This document shows positions 42,298 to 53,600 of a stretch of 64,000 bases of DNA, in pieces; the first letter of the stretch is position 1; each line of letters starts with the position of its first letter. Source of the stretch: Paramoeba atlantica (Eukaryota; Protista; Discosea); the NCBI GenBank assembly GCA_977017575.1, contig CDRNVI010000034.1, positions 1 to 64,000 on the forward strand, read 5' to 3'. Under the pieces are notes generated by a model. That model saw only the letters and a list, made by a program, of their open reading frames with translations. It ran no database searches and had not been told where the DNA came from. The position numbers were made by a program, and so were the translations under genes.

Positions 42298-43641
42298 AAC
42301 CGGGGTGCGGATTATTATTGCACTGCAGTAGGCCTATTGTAGTGCAATAAGCTATTGCAGTGCAATAATAATCCGCAAGTGGTCGAAATGCAATAATAAT
42401 CCGCAAGCACATTATTATTGCATTGTCACATGTTCTCCCCGCAAAAAGCAAAAGTAAAAATGCCCCTCTTGAAGAATAAACGCAACGATTTACTTCTGCT
42501 GGCACGTCCACACGGTATCCGCGATCTTTATTTTCTGATTTGGGCCTGCATGCACGGTAGTTATCCTTGACATGACGTCGTTTATGTCCAATGACATCGG
42601 GTGTGCTTGCACTATCAGAGGCGATCTCATTCTGAGATATACAAGGTTTAAGTGGGATTCCTGGATAATGCACGCTATCAAAAAGATACAACTTCTGTAC
42701 CTTGTTGGTACTTAACCTTAGTTCATCCTTTCTTTCCCCGGCAACGGGCATACCCTTACTGTATTTTCATGCCCGTTTCTGGCCGGCGCTAAGGCTGGAA
42801 CTGTCCCTCTTTATCGCTGAAACAGAGGACGCTCCTTCATCCCTTCACCCCTCCCCGATTCACTCCCCTGGAGTGAGTGCTTCCCTCTCTCGGCTTCTTT
42901 CCTCGCGACCCTTACCTCTCCGAGAGGGCTAGGAGTCACGGTGGCCTCCCTTGAGGACCACTAGACGTGTCCCTCGCTGCCCGCGTTTACGGCTCTCTGC
43001 ACCTGACGGTCGCCCAGCTCTCCGCACCTCGGCTCTCTGCACCCGGATTGCCCCCGAAACTGTAATATGGAGATTACGCAACCGGCTCTCTGCACCTGCA
43101 CATGACAACCGAGTTCTCTGCACCTGGGACGTCAGCTCTCTGCACCCATTCTCCTCCAGCGAGGGCAAATCCTCACGTGATCCACCCGTCGTATGCGGGT
43201 AAGGACAATGTGAGGCAAATCTCTGCACTCTAAGTGCATGAATAAACAAGGATCTATGGATCCTTCCTCAAGGTCACTCATTTTCTCTAGGTCGCTGCTT
43301 TCTTAACGAAGCAACCCTTCACGGATAGAGTAGGTATCGAGATTGCTCATATCTTCTTCGACTCCAAGTTCATCTACGGCACCTTCGTCCCCTTTCAGTG
43401 ATACACATTCTCCGTCTGTGTCCACCGTTTATACAAAATCAGAGGCTTGTTCCCGATGCCGAATAGCCCCTTCTTTAAATAAATTATCCATCCGAAAAGT
43501 GAAATGCAATAATAATCCGAAATACAAGAATAATCCGAAAGTGCAATAATAATGTGTAAAATGCAATAATAATCCGAAAGTGCAATAATAAACCGAAATG
43601 CAATAATAATCCAAAATGCAATAATAATCCGCACCCCCGTT
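42298..43641. mobile_element. Non-autonomous TIR element, TA-flanked, with subterminal GCAATAATAATCCG repeats
   Basis: TA|AACCGGGGTGCGGATTATTATTGCA ... TGCAATAATAATCCGCACCCCCGTT|TA. Confidence 0.75.
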
Positions 43642-43679
43642 TAGATACGTCTATCAGCATTCTGCCTCTTATCGCAATA

Positions 43680-44291
43680 TCAAATTATTGTTATCTTCGT
43701 GCTTTCAATGTTCACGCTCATTATTCGGGCAGCTAAAAAACGAGACACATGTCCAGAAAGGCTGCCATTGTAAGCAAGCGATACTGTTTTTATAGTACTG
43801 GGAAGATGATCTAGAGATATTTCACCAGAAAAACAATTATCTGAGAGATCCACGTAGGTTAATCCAGCAGGACATCGTGTGAAGTCTGGTGTCCCAGAAA
43901 ACGCGTTTCCGGAAATGTCCAAATAATGCATGTCGTTTGGAAGAAGAGTAAAGTCGGGACACCCAGTAAAAAGATCATCATCAAACATTTTCGAAATACT
44001 TAGGCGAATCAACGTGGCGGGTAAAAGTGAGAAATCAAACTCTCCGTACGAGAGAACGTGATCCCAATTTATCTCGATTATTTTGCCATCATCATTACAA
44101 TCAACTCCATACCATTTACATACCGGAACGTCCTCTTTCCACGAGTCGTCGTCGAGTAGTTCAAACTTCGCGACAAGTTGAGCCATTAGAAATTCCTGAG
44201 AAAGAAATGAACCCCGAATACGACCGGGGCGTACTTTTGCACGTTCTGCATCACTACCGTGAACCATCATCGCAAAGAGTGGAGCACACAT
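43680..44291 (-). CDS. LRR family protein (copy 3)
   Basis: PVCKWYGVDC cap plus LPxxL..GNxFSG repeats. Confidence 0.85.
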   Translation of the reverse strand: MCAPLFAMMVHGSDAERAKVRPGRIRGSFLSQEFLMAQLVAKFELLDDDSWKEDVPVCKWYGVDCNDDGKIIEINWDHVLSYGEFDFSLLPATLIRLSISKMFDDDLFTGCPDFTLLPNDMHYLDISGNAFSGTPDFTRCPAGLTYVDLSDNCFSGEISLDHLPSTIKTVSLAYNGSLSGHVSRFLAARIMSVNIESTKITII

Positions 44292-44554
44292 TTTAAAAGA
44301 GTGTTTAGTAAAAGCCCTTTTTAAATAGCAATAATAGATTTAAGACAAACAAAGAAACTCCTGAGTACAATTTTGTAGTAGCTGCACAAAATCCAGACAA
44401 CGAACCACACCTATCCTACACATATTCTACATAACAACGGGCGGAGTCCTTGAATTCACAACTCCACACTTCATCGTATGAAGAGTTCATACACAGCGCC
44501 ACTACACTGTACTCCCCCGGGGGTCTCACACACCGCACTTCCTTTTTCCACCCC

Positions 44555-47002
44555 CTACGCCCCATTCACACGTTGATAAATCAACCGCCACACCTCCGGG
44601 TGACCCGCCATGATCTCCACATGGTCGATCCCGGGGAAAAAGAACGTTTTGACCTCCTGCCGCTGTTCGCCCCCCCAGCGGCTACACAGCTGCAGGCTGC
44701 CAAAGGTCACGGTGCCATCCCCCTCCTGGGTCGTGTGCAGCCGCGGGTTGTACCGGTCACTGTCCGCCGTGCTGTCAATCTCAATACGGTCCGTGGTGCG
44801 TACCCCGTTGCTGTAGATACAATCCACAGGGACCCCCGGGGGGGAGTAATAGTTAGCACTCGCGGGGAGGCTCTCGAGGAGGTCACCGTAGATGTCCTCC
44901 ATGTGGGGCATGTCCCGCACGAGCTGGGGGAGGTCCCGTACGGTGTACTCCCGGAGGGGCTGGGTGGGTTTGTCGGAGAAATTCATAATGCACCCTTTGT
45001 GGGGTGATTTTAAGGATTGGGAGTTGGTATCTGGTTTTGAATTTGATTTTTCGGAAGATTTTTGAAGTAATGTTTTTGCTCGTGCGGTCTCGGTTCCGAT
45101 ACGCATCAATACACGATCGGGAGACCAAATGTGCGCTGTGGCGTTGTGTAACATGGGAAACAGCATGTACATACCTGGCCAGGTCGCGATCAACGGTTGT
45201 AGCGTCCACAACGGAAGCGGGGAGCCTACATTTTCCCCTACCACGGCCGCTTGTAGCGCATTCATTGTCCCCGCATAGGGGGCGGCGACCGAGATCAACC
45301 GAGCAATGTACGTATCCTTCCATTTCTGATCCACATAGGTGTTTAAAAACAGAACCGCCAGGGTACCTCCAAGACTGTGCCCACAAAGCGTCACCTTTGT
45401 GTTTCCATTATCTCTGTACATTTGCTCCACACGCTGCTTGACCTCGATAAAATACCCCCCATAGGCGTTCCCGGGACCAAAATGCTTGTACTTATCCGCG
45501 ACCCCAAGACGAAAATCATACGGCACCACATCTAAATTATGTTTCACCGTATACGGACGAAGTTGATACGCGGGAATGGGAGGCAGCGTTCGTGTTTTCG
45601 CCCCATACCGGTTACTTTCCTTCTTTTCCTTACTCTCCGCGCCGTTTGTTTTTTTCTTGAGCCCTGGTCTTCCCTGCGCGTTCTGTAATCCCTCCGTCAC
45701 ATTCAACGCCTCCGTGTAGTTCACCCGCACCGGAACCACCGGACTCCCCGTCGCCTCTACCGCATAACACGTCGGGTTCTCCCACACCCGCACCGTACCT
45801 CTCCCAAAGGTCTGCTGCATCTCCTTCGGGTCCGTGATGGCCACAAAAAAATCATGAAAATATTTTGTCGCATCACAGGAGGCCCCATTGGAGGGATCAA
45901 GACACCGCACCGCATGGACGGTATCTTGATGAGGGCGAACCTCAACCCCCGGGGGAAACTCAGCCCTAAAACTAAAAGTGTGGGGGTTACCTTTATTTTC
46001 CTTTTCATGACTTATATTTTCGTTGCCTTTATTTTCCTTTTCATGACTTTTATTTTCATTGCTTTTATTCCTTTCTTTTTCTTTATCTTCCTTTTCTTTA
46101 TTTTCATAACCTTTATTTTCCTTTTCCTTATCTTTATTTTCATTTCCTTTATTTTCATTTCTTTCCATTTCCTCATCTTCCCCCTCCCCCCTCCTCACCA
46201 CCAGCCGCATGGTCCGGGACCAGCACCGGTACGAGAGGGTCATGGAGCGCACGTTGACCCAGGCGATGGTCCAGTCCAGGGTGCGGGCGCACTCGAAGGG
46301 GAGACCCGTCGCGGCGGTACGCTTCTCCTCCAGCACGGAGCCCAGCAGCCCGGGGAGAACCAGCAGGGGGCCGGGCGGGGGGGAAGAAGAGGAAGAGGAA
46401 GAAGTCGTTTGTTGGTGTCGTTGTCTTTGTAGTTTTTGTTTCCTCTTTTGTGTTAGGGTTGGCTGCTGCTGCTGCTGCTGCTGCTGTTGTTGTTGTTGAA
46501 AAGGGAGAGGGGAGGGGACGAAGGAGGCCGAGGGGGTTGTGGTGGTAGGGTGGTGGAAAAAAGAGGAGGCTTCTTGTGAAGAGGGATCATGGGTTAAGGT
46601 TGAGGAGGGTGGGTTTAGGATTTTTTTCGGGGAAGAAGAAGAAGAAGAAGAAGAAAAGGGACATTTTTTAGAAGATGAAGAATCTTGCAGCGAGGCGATC
46701 TTTTTTTCGGGGGAGACGAAATCACGTCGGAGGAATGCCGCACATTGGGCGTGGATGGAGAAGAGATCGGGTCCGGTGAAGGGGTCAGTGAGATCGAGAT
46801 CGGGGATGGTGGTGGGGGTGGTTTGTGGGGCGTTGTAAGGTTGGGAGGTGCGGATGTGGGACACGGCGAGGAGGCTGAATAGGAGAATAGAAGGAAAGGC
46901 GAGATGTATACGACGTGGGGTAGAAGTAAGACCCGCGGGGGTACAGGGTACATGGGGCATTGCTGGAGAGTAATGGTGAAAAAAGACCAATAATAGGCTC
47001 AA
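44555..47002 (-). CDS. LCAT / group XV phospholipase A2-like acyltransferase with low-complexity insertions
   Basis: LLVLPGLLGSVLE, YDFRLG, GHSLGG nucleophile, VAAPYAG, GDGTV, DHVEIM; N-terminal TM/signal segment. Confidence 0.9.
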   Translation of the reverse strand: MSLLLVFFHHYSPAMPHVPCTPAGLTSTPRRIHLAFPSILLFSLLAVSHIRTSQPYNAPQTTPTTIPDLDLTDPFTGPDLFSIHAQCAAFLRRDFVSPEKKIASLQDSSSSKKCPFSSSSSSSSPKKILNPPSSTLTHDPSSQEASSFFHHPTTTTPSASFVPSPLPFQQQQQQQQQQQQPTLTQKRKQKLQRQRHQQTTSSSSSSSPPPGPLLVLPGLLGSVLEEKRTAATGLPFECARTLDWTIAWVNVRSMTLSYRCWSRTMRLVVRRGEGEDEEMERNENKGNENKDKEKENKGYENKEKEDKEKERNKSNENKSHEKENKGNENISHEKENKGNPHTFSFRAEFPPGVEVRPHQDTVHAVRCLDPSNGASCDATKYFHDFFVAITDPKEMQQTFGRGTVRVWENPTCYAVEATGSPVVPVRVNYTEALNVTEGLQNAQGRPGLKKKTNGAESKEKKESNRYGAKTRTLPPIPAYQLRPYTVKHNLDVVPYDFRLGVADKYKHFGPGNAYGGYFIEVKQRVEQMYRDNGNTKVTLCGHSLGGTLAVLFLNTYVDQKWKDTYIARLISVAAPYAGTMNALQAAVVGENVGSPLPLWTLQPLIATWPGMYMLFPMLHNATAHIWSPDRVLMRIGTETARAKTLLQKSSEKSNSKPDTNSQSLKSPHKGCIMNFSDKPTQPLREYTVRDLPQLVRDMPHMEDIYGDLLESLPASANYYSPPGVPVDCIYSNGVRTTDRIEIDSTADSDRYNPRLHTTQEGDGTVTFGSLQLCSRWGGEQRQEVKTFFFPGIDHVEIMAGHPEVWRLIYQRVNGA

Positions 47003-47124
47003 AATGTAGGTGTACGTATTTCACATGCAGTGCGCAAATAGTGCTATGGGTGAAATACAGTTATCCTATACACTACTACAACTGTCTTCAAAAGAACAAA
47101 AAAAATCAATACATTCTTTGATAA

Positions 47125-47724
47125 CTAAATAGACATCCACTTGCTATCAAAGCAACCATATGCATCAACAAAAGTGTCTCGAACTTGTAACGCGTCTAGA
47201 ACACATGGACGAGGCGTTCGCAGTAGAGCAGAAGAAGGCACCGTAAATGTCTCGGAGTGTACTTCTACTACAGGTGAGGTAGACTCTGATCTGGTATAGT
47301 CGTGGAACTTGCTTTCAGCACCGCGAGGTGTCGCCCGAACTTTGTAGCATGGACGCACACGCACCCTACCTTGACGTACATCCACACTTGCAACTTGGAT
47401 CAAAATTGTATCCTCCGAGGGACCTGAAAGGGTCCGTCCTTCCTCCCTTTCCGCGGTGTCGCAGTAATAATATTCGCCGGCAATAAGACGACGCATGTCA
47501 CACAAAAGTGATGGCTCCTCATTCTGACGTTGTGCAGGACAGGAGTCTCTATGCGCATTGTAGTTGCTGCTAACTGCTACTGGGCGAGAAGGCTTAAAAC
47601 TGTGGTACGTATGCGGTCGAATACGGTAATAAGGGGAAGAAGGGGCTTGAATAGATTCATCAGAGATCGGAACTGAGGCCATTAGATTAAGTTTACAAGA
47701 AATTAGCGAAGCATAATCATTCAA
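47125..47724 (-). CDS. Hypothetical protein (weak BAH-like pattern)
   Basis: 199-aa ORF on the cluster strand; beta-rich pattern GEYYY...IQVASV...VRVRPCY...TVPSSAL...CVL. Confidence 0.55.
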   Translation of the reverse strand: MNDYASLISCKLNLMASVPISDESIQAPSSPYYRIRPHTYHSFKPSRPVAVSSNYNAHRDSCPAQRQNEEPSLLCDMRRLIAGEYYYCDTAEREEGRTLSGPSEDTILIQVASVDVRQGRVRVRPCYKVRATPRGAESKFHDYTRSESTSPVVEVHSETFTVPSSALLRTPRPCVLDALQVRDTFVDAYGCFDSKWMSI

Positions 47725-47974
47725 TGATAGAGTCCTAAACTGGGGTACGACTTAACATGCCCCGGAATTTACCCGTAGTGAATCACTACGGTTCACTACG
47801 GGTAAACTCGGTCAAAAGGGACTTTTGCTCCCTCAAATTATTTTTTGTAAATATCTTTGAAAATTTGAGTGCTCCTACTTAACGGCACTTTGTATAGTGC
47901 CGTTAAGTCGACACCAGTGATACTGTATGTAAGGAGAGTACTGTATGTGGTACGAATACCACTTTAAGGAGTGC

Positions 47975-48778
47975 TCAAGTCTTCATACTGTTGTGCTCGC
48001 CGATTATTTCGCTGAATGAATTATTAGAAAAGGTTACAGACGTCAAACAATTTGGAAGAACACGCAGATCTAACACACCCATGAATTTATTTTCTTTGAG
48101 AAGTATCTCTGTCATTGTTTTCGGAATATTATCAAGCTGTACTATGCCTGTGAATTGGTTTCGATGAAGCCACAGCCATTGCAGGCCTAAGGGCAGATGA
48201 TTGAAATTGAGTTCCCCACTAAAATAATTCGAATTAAGGCAAAAGTATACCAATGAAGCAGGAAGGGATGTCAAATCTATAGAGCCTGTAAAATGATTAT
48301 GATTCAAATAGATTAACGATGAGTTCAAAGGAAGATAGGAACAGTCTACGTGCCCCTCAAAATGATTCCCTTGTAACTGGATCTGCTTAATCTCCCGCGG
48401 GAGGTTTTCCCAGCTCAATGTGCCCCTCAGACGCCTATAATTTGCATTAAGTTCGTGGAAAGATCCATCCTCTCTATCCAGGGACATGCCATTCCACGCG
48501 TGAAGCGGATTTGTTTCCTTCCACGTTGAATCTGGATTACTAACATTTCGAAAGAATAGAGAGATTTGAATTTCCACAGGAAGCATTATGCTCCGTACTT
48601 TATGACCAGAATGTGTGGCGGCGCAGTCGGACATAGGTACTAAGCTGAGTTCACGGGTAACAAAAGTTAAAAATATCTCCACCAAACAAAGCTTCATAAT
48701 GTACAATCGAATGCAGTAGATTTCCGCTATTGGATCGACCTTACATTTTTCCAGCTCTTGTCGTAAGCTAAGATACAA
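47975..48778 (-). CDS. LRR family protein (copy 4)
   Basis: PLHAWNGM cap variant plus 22-aa LRRs (LPxxLxxxxLNxNxFxG). Confidence 0.85.
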   Translation of the reverse strand: MYLSLRQELEKCKVDPIAEIYCIRLYIMKLCLVEIFLTFVTRELSLVPMSDCAATHSGHKVRSIMLPVEIQISLFFRNVSNPDSTWKETNPLHAWNGMSLDREDGSFHELNANYRRLRGTLSWENLPREIKQIQLQGNHFEGHVDCSYLPLNSSLIYLNHNHFTGSIDLTSLPASLVYFCLNSNYFSGELNFNHLPLGLQWLWLHRNQFTGIVQLDNIPKTMTEILLKENKFMGVLDLRVLPNCLTSVTFSNNSFSEIIGEHNSMKT

Positions 48779-49025
48779 ATAACTGTCAAAAACGTTGATT
48801 GTTTATTGTACGCCATACATTTATTGTATGCCATACAGCAGTGACTGAGACTACGAGCTGTTCTAGCGTTTCATCTTTAAAATAAGCAACTCACCAATTC
48901 TATAGACACAAATTATCAGGAAACTGAGGAGATAAATAAGAAGAATAGGTGAAAAAAGTTTCCATGTATACAAAACTTATCGTCGAAAAAATATACTTTG
49001 ATCACAATATTTCTTCATGTGCATC

Positions 49026-49655
49026 CTAGATCCATTTCGCCTCAATTTGGGTATGTTGCCATGAACGATGCACCAAACTTTTTGGAAGTTTTGGTACATC
49101 AACAAAACCAATAAGTTGATGATTGTGGTTAATGTACATTTCTCGTAAACCTACACGGATCGTCGTCAAAGCATCGCACCCAGTAAATTCATTGTGTGAA
49201 AGGTCGAGATACCGTAATGTCTGTGGCAAGCTTAAAAATGTCACATGTCCTGTGAAGCTATTTTGACCCAAATCTAATTTTGTTAACTGCATAGGAAAAC
49301 TATCGAAGTCTACTGTTCCGCTTAACTTGTTATGAGAAAGATTCAAGATAGATAATGACTCTGGTAGAAATCCCCATGCTGGAGATCCGGATAAACTGTG
49401 AGCCCCCAGTTCTACTGTTTGTACGTGTTCCGTTTTATCACATATCACCCCTTCCCACGTACAAACCGGGGTGTGGGTATTCCATGAGGCAGACGCGTTT
49501 CCAAGATGGGCGAGGAATCGTTCCAGAAGAAACGCTGGAGGTTGTATAGCGCTGCTCACCTTGGAAGGACGAGTCCGAGGAGCGTCTCTTGCAGAAAAGA
49601 GAGCGAAGTGAAAAGGAACAGGTAAAGACATAAGATTGAAAGATGGTAATAACAT
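49026..49655 (-). CDS. LRR family protein (copy 5)
   Basis: PVCTWEGVIC cap plus LRRs. Confidence 0.85.
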   Translation of the reverse strand: MLLPSFNLMSLPVPFHFALFSARDAPRTRPSKVSSAIQPPAFLLERFLAHLGNASASWNTHTPVCTWEGVICDKTEHVQTVELGAHSLSGSPAWGFLPESLSILNLSHNKLSGTVDFDSFPMQLTKLDLGQNSFTGHVTFLSLPQTLRYLDLSHNEFTGCDALTTIRVGLREMYINHNHQLIGFVDVPKLPKSLVHRSWQHTQIEAKWI

Positions 49656-49891
49656 TTCGATAAAAAAGTTTTCGAGTTCTTCGAATCAGGGATAACTCAT
49701 TTTTAAAAGCATCACAATTTAGTCCTTGTTGGCGTATCCTTTCGACATTGATATTTGTTTTAACAGTTTTTATAATTTTATAGGCTTTTAGAATCATCAA
49801 AGAACTCCTAGTGAAGCAATAATTGACCGTGTAAAAACTGAGCACGTATTGATCGTAGTACTTTAAGTGGAACGTCACGAGTACCTTCTCC

Positions 49892-50314
49892 GAAGAAGAA
49901 GAAGAAGAAGAAGACACGGAGGGCTCTGCAGCGCCAACCGTTGGGGTAGAGTCTCAGGTCACCGACCTTCATTGTCCTGTTACCCCCTTCCCAGACGGCA
50001 CTCGACGCCTTGCGGCCCGAGCACGGCTACCCAACTACCAGGACGGGCGTCCAACCGCGTTGCATTGTGTACGTTGTGTCTCAAGCCTCCTTTGCGTAAG
50101 CAGCTCGCAATTTAGCGGCTGCGCTGGAGCCTGGTTCAGCTCTGCGGTTCCGGGTCGGTCCTCCAGGGGAGCGGTGTTGGGTGTGGGCATTGAAGGCACT
50201 CCTGATCGCTTTCCCTTTGTAGTGAGGCCGTCAGGTTGCGAGTTTTGCCGATAGCGGGAATCGAATCCCCAACCTGCAGGTTGTAAGGCCCACCGTCTGC
50301 CAACTATGCCCGGA
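49892..50314 (-). mobile_element. tRNA-derived SINE (423 bp): degenerate tRNA head, GC-rich body, (CTT)7 tail, 7-bp TSD
   Basis: Head (minus) GGCATAGTTGG...GGATTCGATTCCCGCTATCGGCA at 50314-50245; (GAA)7 at 49892-49912; CTTCTCC at 49885-49891 and 50315-50321. Confidence 0.75.
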
Positions 50315-50653
50315 CTTCTCCATCCTATTTATTCCACAAGACACAAGGTGTATGATGGCTATGTCATGGCCGAAGAGCTCATGGACTACCAGTCCAGTAA
50401 CTTGGGGGAAGACCGACTTCTCAAGCTCAAAATTTTAATGGAGGGCGGTTCTACCGTAAATCACGTTGCCCGCGTTCATTGTGAGGGATTCTTAAAGACG
50501 AGCTACGACCGCATATCTCTTTTTTGTGACGATGATTCGGAAAACATAGTGATTCGGTTTTGTCGGGTGAAACTGGGCGAAAATTAAAAGGGGGGGTCAC
50601 ATGAATCGTAGTCTGTAAAAACATTTCGCGTTTTTGGCTGTTTAATCTTGAGT

Positions 50654-53600
50654 TTAGGTACAGCGTGTATGATACAGGATTTCACCAGTGGGAAAAGTCC
50701 GCGGATTCGGAACGATTGGGTCGAAAAACGGTGGTATACAGAAAATTTTTAAAGTGGGATAAACCACAAAACCTGTAGGGAGGCGTACATGTCGCTGACC
50801 ACCACTGTAGTTCCATGGTATCCTATCAAAAAAAGACATTACGTCAGGCACATCCCCTTCCCCCCTTCTCCTTGAACGCCTCACCGCACTCATTCTTGCC
50901 CCCTCTTCCATCCCCGACACTCACTACATGAAGAATCGGACCCCGGGGACAGTCCTCTATCAACTTCTCCAAGGAGCGGTACAGACGTACCAAAGCCTCC
51001 TCCATAGTGTTGGAACACACCACCCCCTTATCCCCCCCCTCTTTTCCCTCTCCCCCCTCCATCCCCCTCGTTCCCCCCTCTCCTCCCCCTTCTCCCGAGC
51101 CTATCCACTCGACACCCTTGTTCTTCCTCTCCTTTATCTTCTTTTCATCCCTTTTCCCCTTCCCCTCCCCCTCCCCCAACCCTCCCTTGCGGGAGCGGTC
51201 TTTCCCCCCTACCTCGTTGCCCTTCTCCTCCCCCTCCCCCTCCCGCTCCCCCTCTACCTCCACGTGCCGGTACACCACCGCGGGGGCCAGGTAGCACCCC
51301 CCGGGGAGGGCCACGGTGAACCCCCCGGCGAGGAGGTCCCACCCGCGGGACTGCTGGCACGCCCTGAGGTAGGCCAGGCCGTTTGCGGCGTCCTGGGGGC
51401 GTCGCAGGGGGCCGAGGGCGGCGTGGGGGTCGAGGGCGTGTCCGGGGCGTAGGGCGTGGGTGAGGGCGTGGGTGAGGGCGTGGAGGAGGGGGTGGATGGG
51501 GGGAGGGGGGGAAGAGGTAGGGGAGATAGGGGAGATAGGGGAGGAGCTAGGGGAAGAAGTAGGGGAAGAGTTAGGGGAAGAAGAGTTAGGGGAGGAAGAG
51601 GTAGGGGAGGAAGAGGTAGGGGAGGAAGAGGTAGGGGAGATAGGGGAGGAGCTAGGGGAAGAAGTAGGGGAAGAGTTAGGGGAAGAAGAGGTAGGGGAGG
51701 AAGAGGTAGGGGAGATAGGGGAAGAAGAGGTAGGGGAAGAAGAGGTAGGGGAGGAAGAGGTAGGGGAGGAAGAGGTAGGGGAGATAGGGGAAGAGTTAAG
51801 GGAAGAAGTAGGGGAAGAAGTAGGAGAAGAGTTAGGGGAAGAAGAGGTAGGGGAGGAAGAGGTAGGGGAGATAGGGGAGGAGCTAGGGGAAGAAGAGGTA
51901 GGGGAAGAGGTAGGGGAAGAAGAGGTAGGGGAAGAGGTAGGGGAAGAAGAGGTAGGGGAAGAGGTAGGGGAAGAAGAGGTAGGGGAGGAAGAGGTAGGGG
52001 AGATAGGGGAGGAGCTAGGGGAAGAAGTAGGGGAAGAGTTAGGGGAAGAAGAGGTAGGGGAGGAAGAGGTAGGGGAGATAGGGGAAGAAGAGGTAGGGGA
52101 GGAAGAGGTAGGGGAAGAGGTAGGGGAAGAGGTAGGGGAAGAGTTAGGGGAAGAAGAGGTAGGGGATATGGGGAAAGAGTTAGGGGAAATAGAAGATATA
52201 GGGGAAGAAGAGGTAGGGGAGGGGCAGGGGGAATCCTGTGATGGAGGATTGAGTTTGGAGAGGGGAATACTCTGTGAGAGAGGGTTTGGGGGAGTACCCT
52301 GTGAGAGAGGGTTTGGGGGAATATCCAGTGAGAGAGGTTTTGGAGGAGAATCCTTCGATAGAGGTTTCGAGGTTCCCTGAGAGAGCGCCTGTGATAGGGA
52401 ATCCTCTTTTGAGGGGGATTTCTCTAAGAGAGGTTTTGAAGTCCCCCGAGAGTGAGCCTCTGAGTGAGGTCTTGGGAGGGCATCCTTTAACAAGGAGTTC
52501 GAGGACCCTTGAGAGGGCGCCTCTGAGAAAGATTTTGGGGAGGCTCCCGAGGTTCGGTGAAACCGATACGGGGAGGAGGGGAGTAGAATCATAGAACAAT
52601 GGGGGAGGCTGTATCCCATGGGGAGGAAACAGTGGGAGTGGGCGATTTGAAGTGCCATGTTGGTGTATTCTTTGAAGGAAAGAGGGGAAGGGGAGTTGGT
52701 GGATTCTTGATTCTTGGTTGACATCTTGTGAAAGCACTGAGAAAAGAAACGAATGACGGGGTCGGAAGAGGGGCTGTGTTTTTCAGGTAGACGTGTGAGA
52801 TCGGGCCAGATACGATGGGTTACGGTAGGGGTGTCGAAATACCCGGTAAGGTAGGTCGGTGATGATGTCTCTAAGCCCTTCGATGGGGTGGAATTTGTAC
52901 TAGAATCGGTAACCCTACATGTTTTAAACTCTGCAGCAGGGTTGGCCTCGTTCGCAACACGTACACTTTGGACCAAAAAATGTCGCGATAATGACTCGCC
53001 AACGCATCCCTTGCCTCTGCCAAGGATTACATTAATTGAGCCAACAGGTAACGCGAGAGAAATTCCGCCCGCATCCGTAAATAGATGCTCTGCGTCAGCA
53101 GAGTTTTTTGTGGTATTGGTGCCAAATTTTTGTGGAGTGATCCCGCGGTCAGAAAAAGGAACATGTGATAGGGAATGGGCCAACGCCAAGGCGCTAAGTG
53201 GAACACTCTCGTGAGGTTTCCATACCACCGTGTCCCCACGGGCCAAAATATTTAACACACTCCACAGGCCGTAAAATAATGGAGAAACAGGCGTGCCGAA
53301 AACAGCAACGACCCCGGGTGTGCGCCCAGAACTATTTGACACGTCGTAGCACATTTTCTGAAGATGTTGACGATGAGATTTTCTGTCAATAAATTGTGCA
53401 GGAGTGGGAAAAGCGAGAGAAGTGCTGTTTCCTTCGTCACACGTTAAAACGTTCTCCGAAAATAAACAACACGTGCAATTCGTCATAAAGCATTTTTTGG
53501 TAGTTGTAACATCCTTGTGAGAGTCATGTAATGACTGATGTCGGTTTCGCATACAGTCGTGTAGACTTGAAGTAAACTGCTGTAGCAAGTTGCGCAATTG

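Noticed and set aside
51456-52380. Plus-strand EEVG-rich (306 aa) and RG-rich (261 aa) ORFs
   Set aside because: They are antisense shadows of the SPTSS repeat within the ALDH-like gene on the cluster strand.
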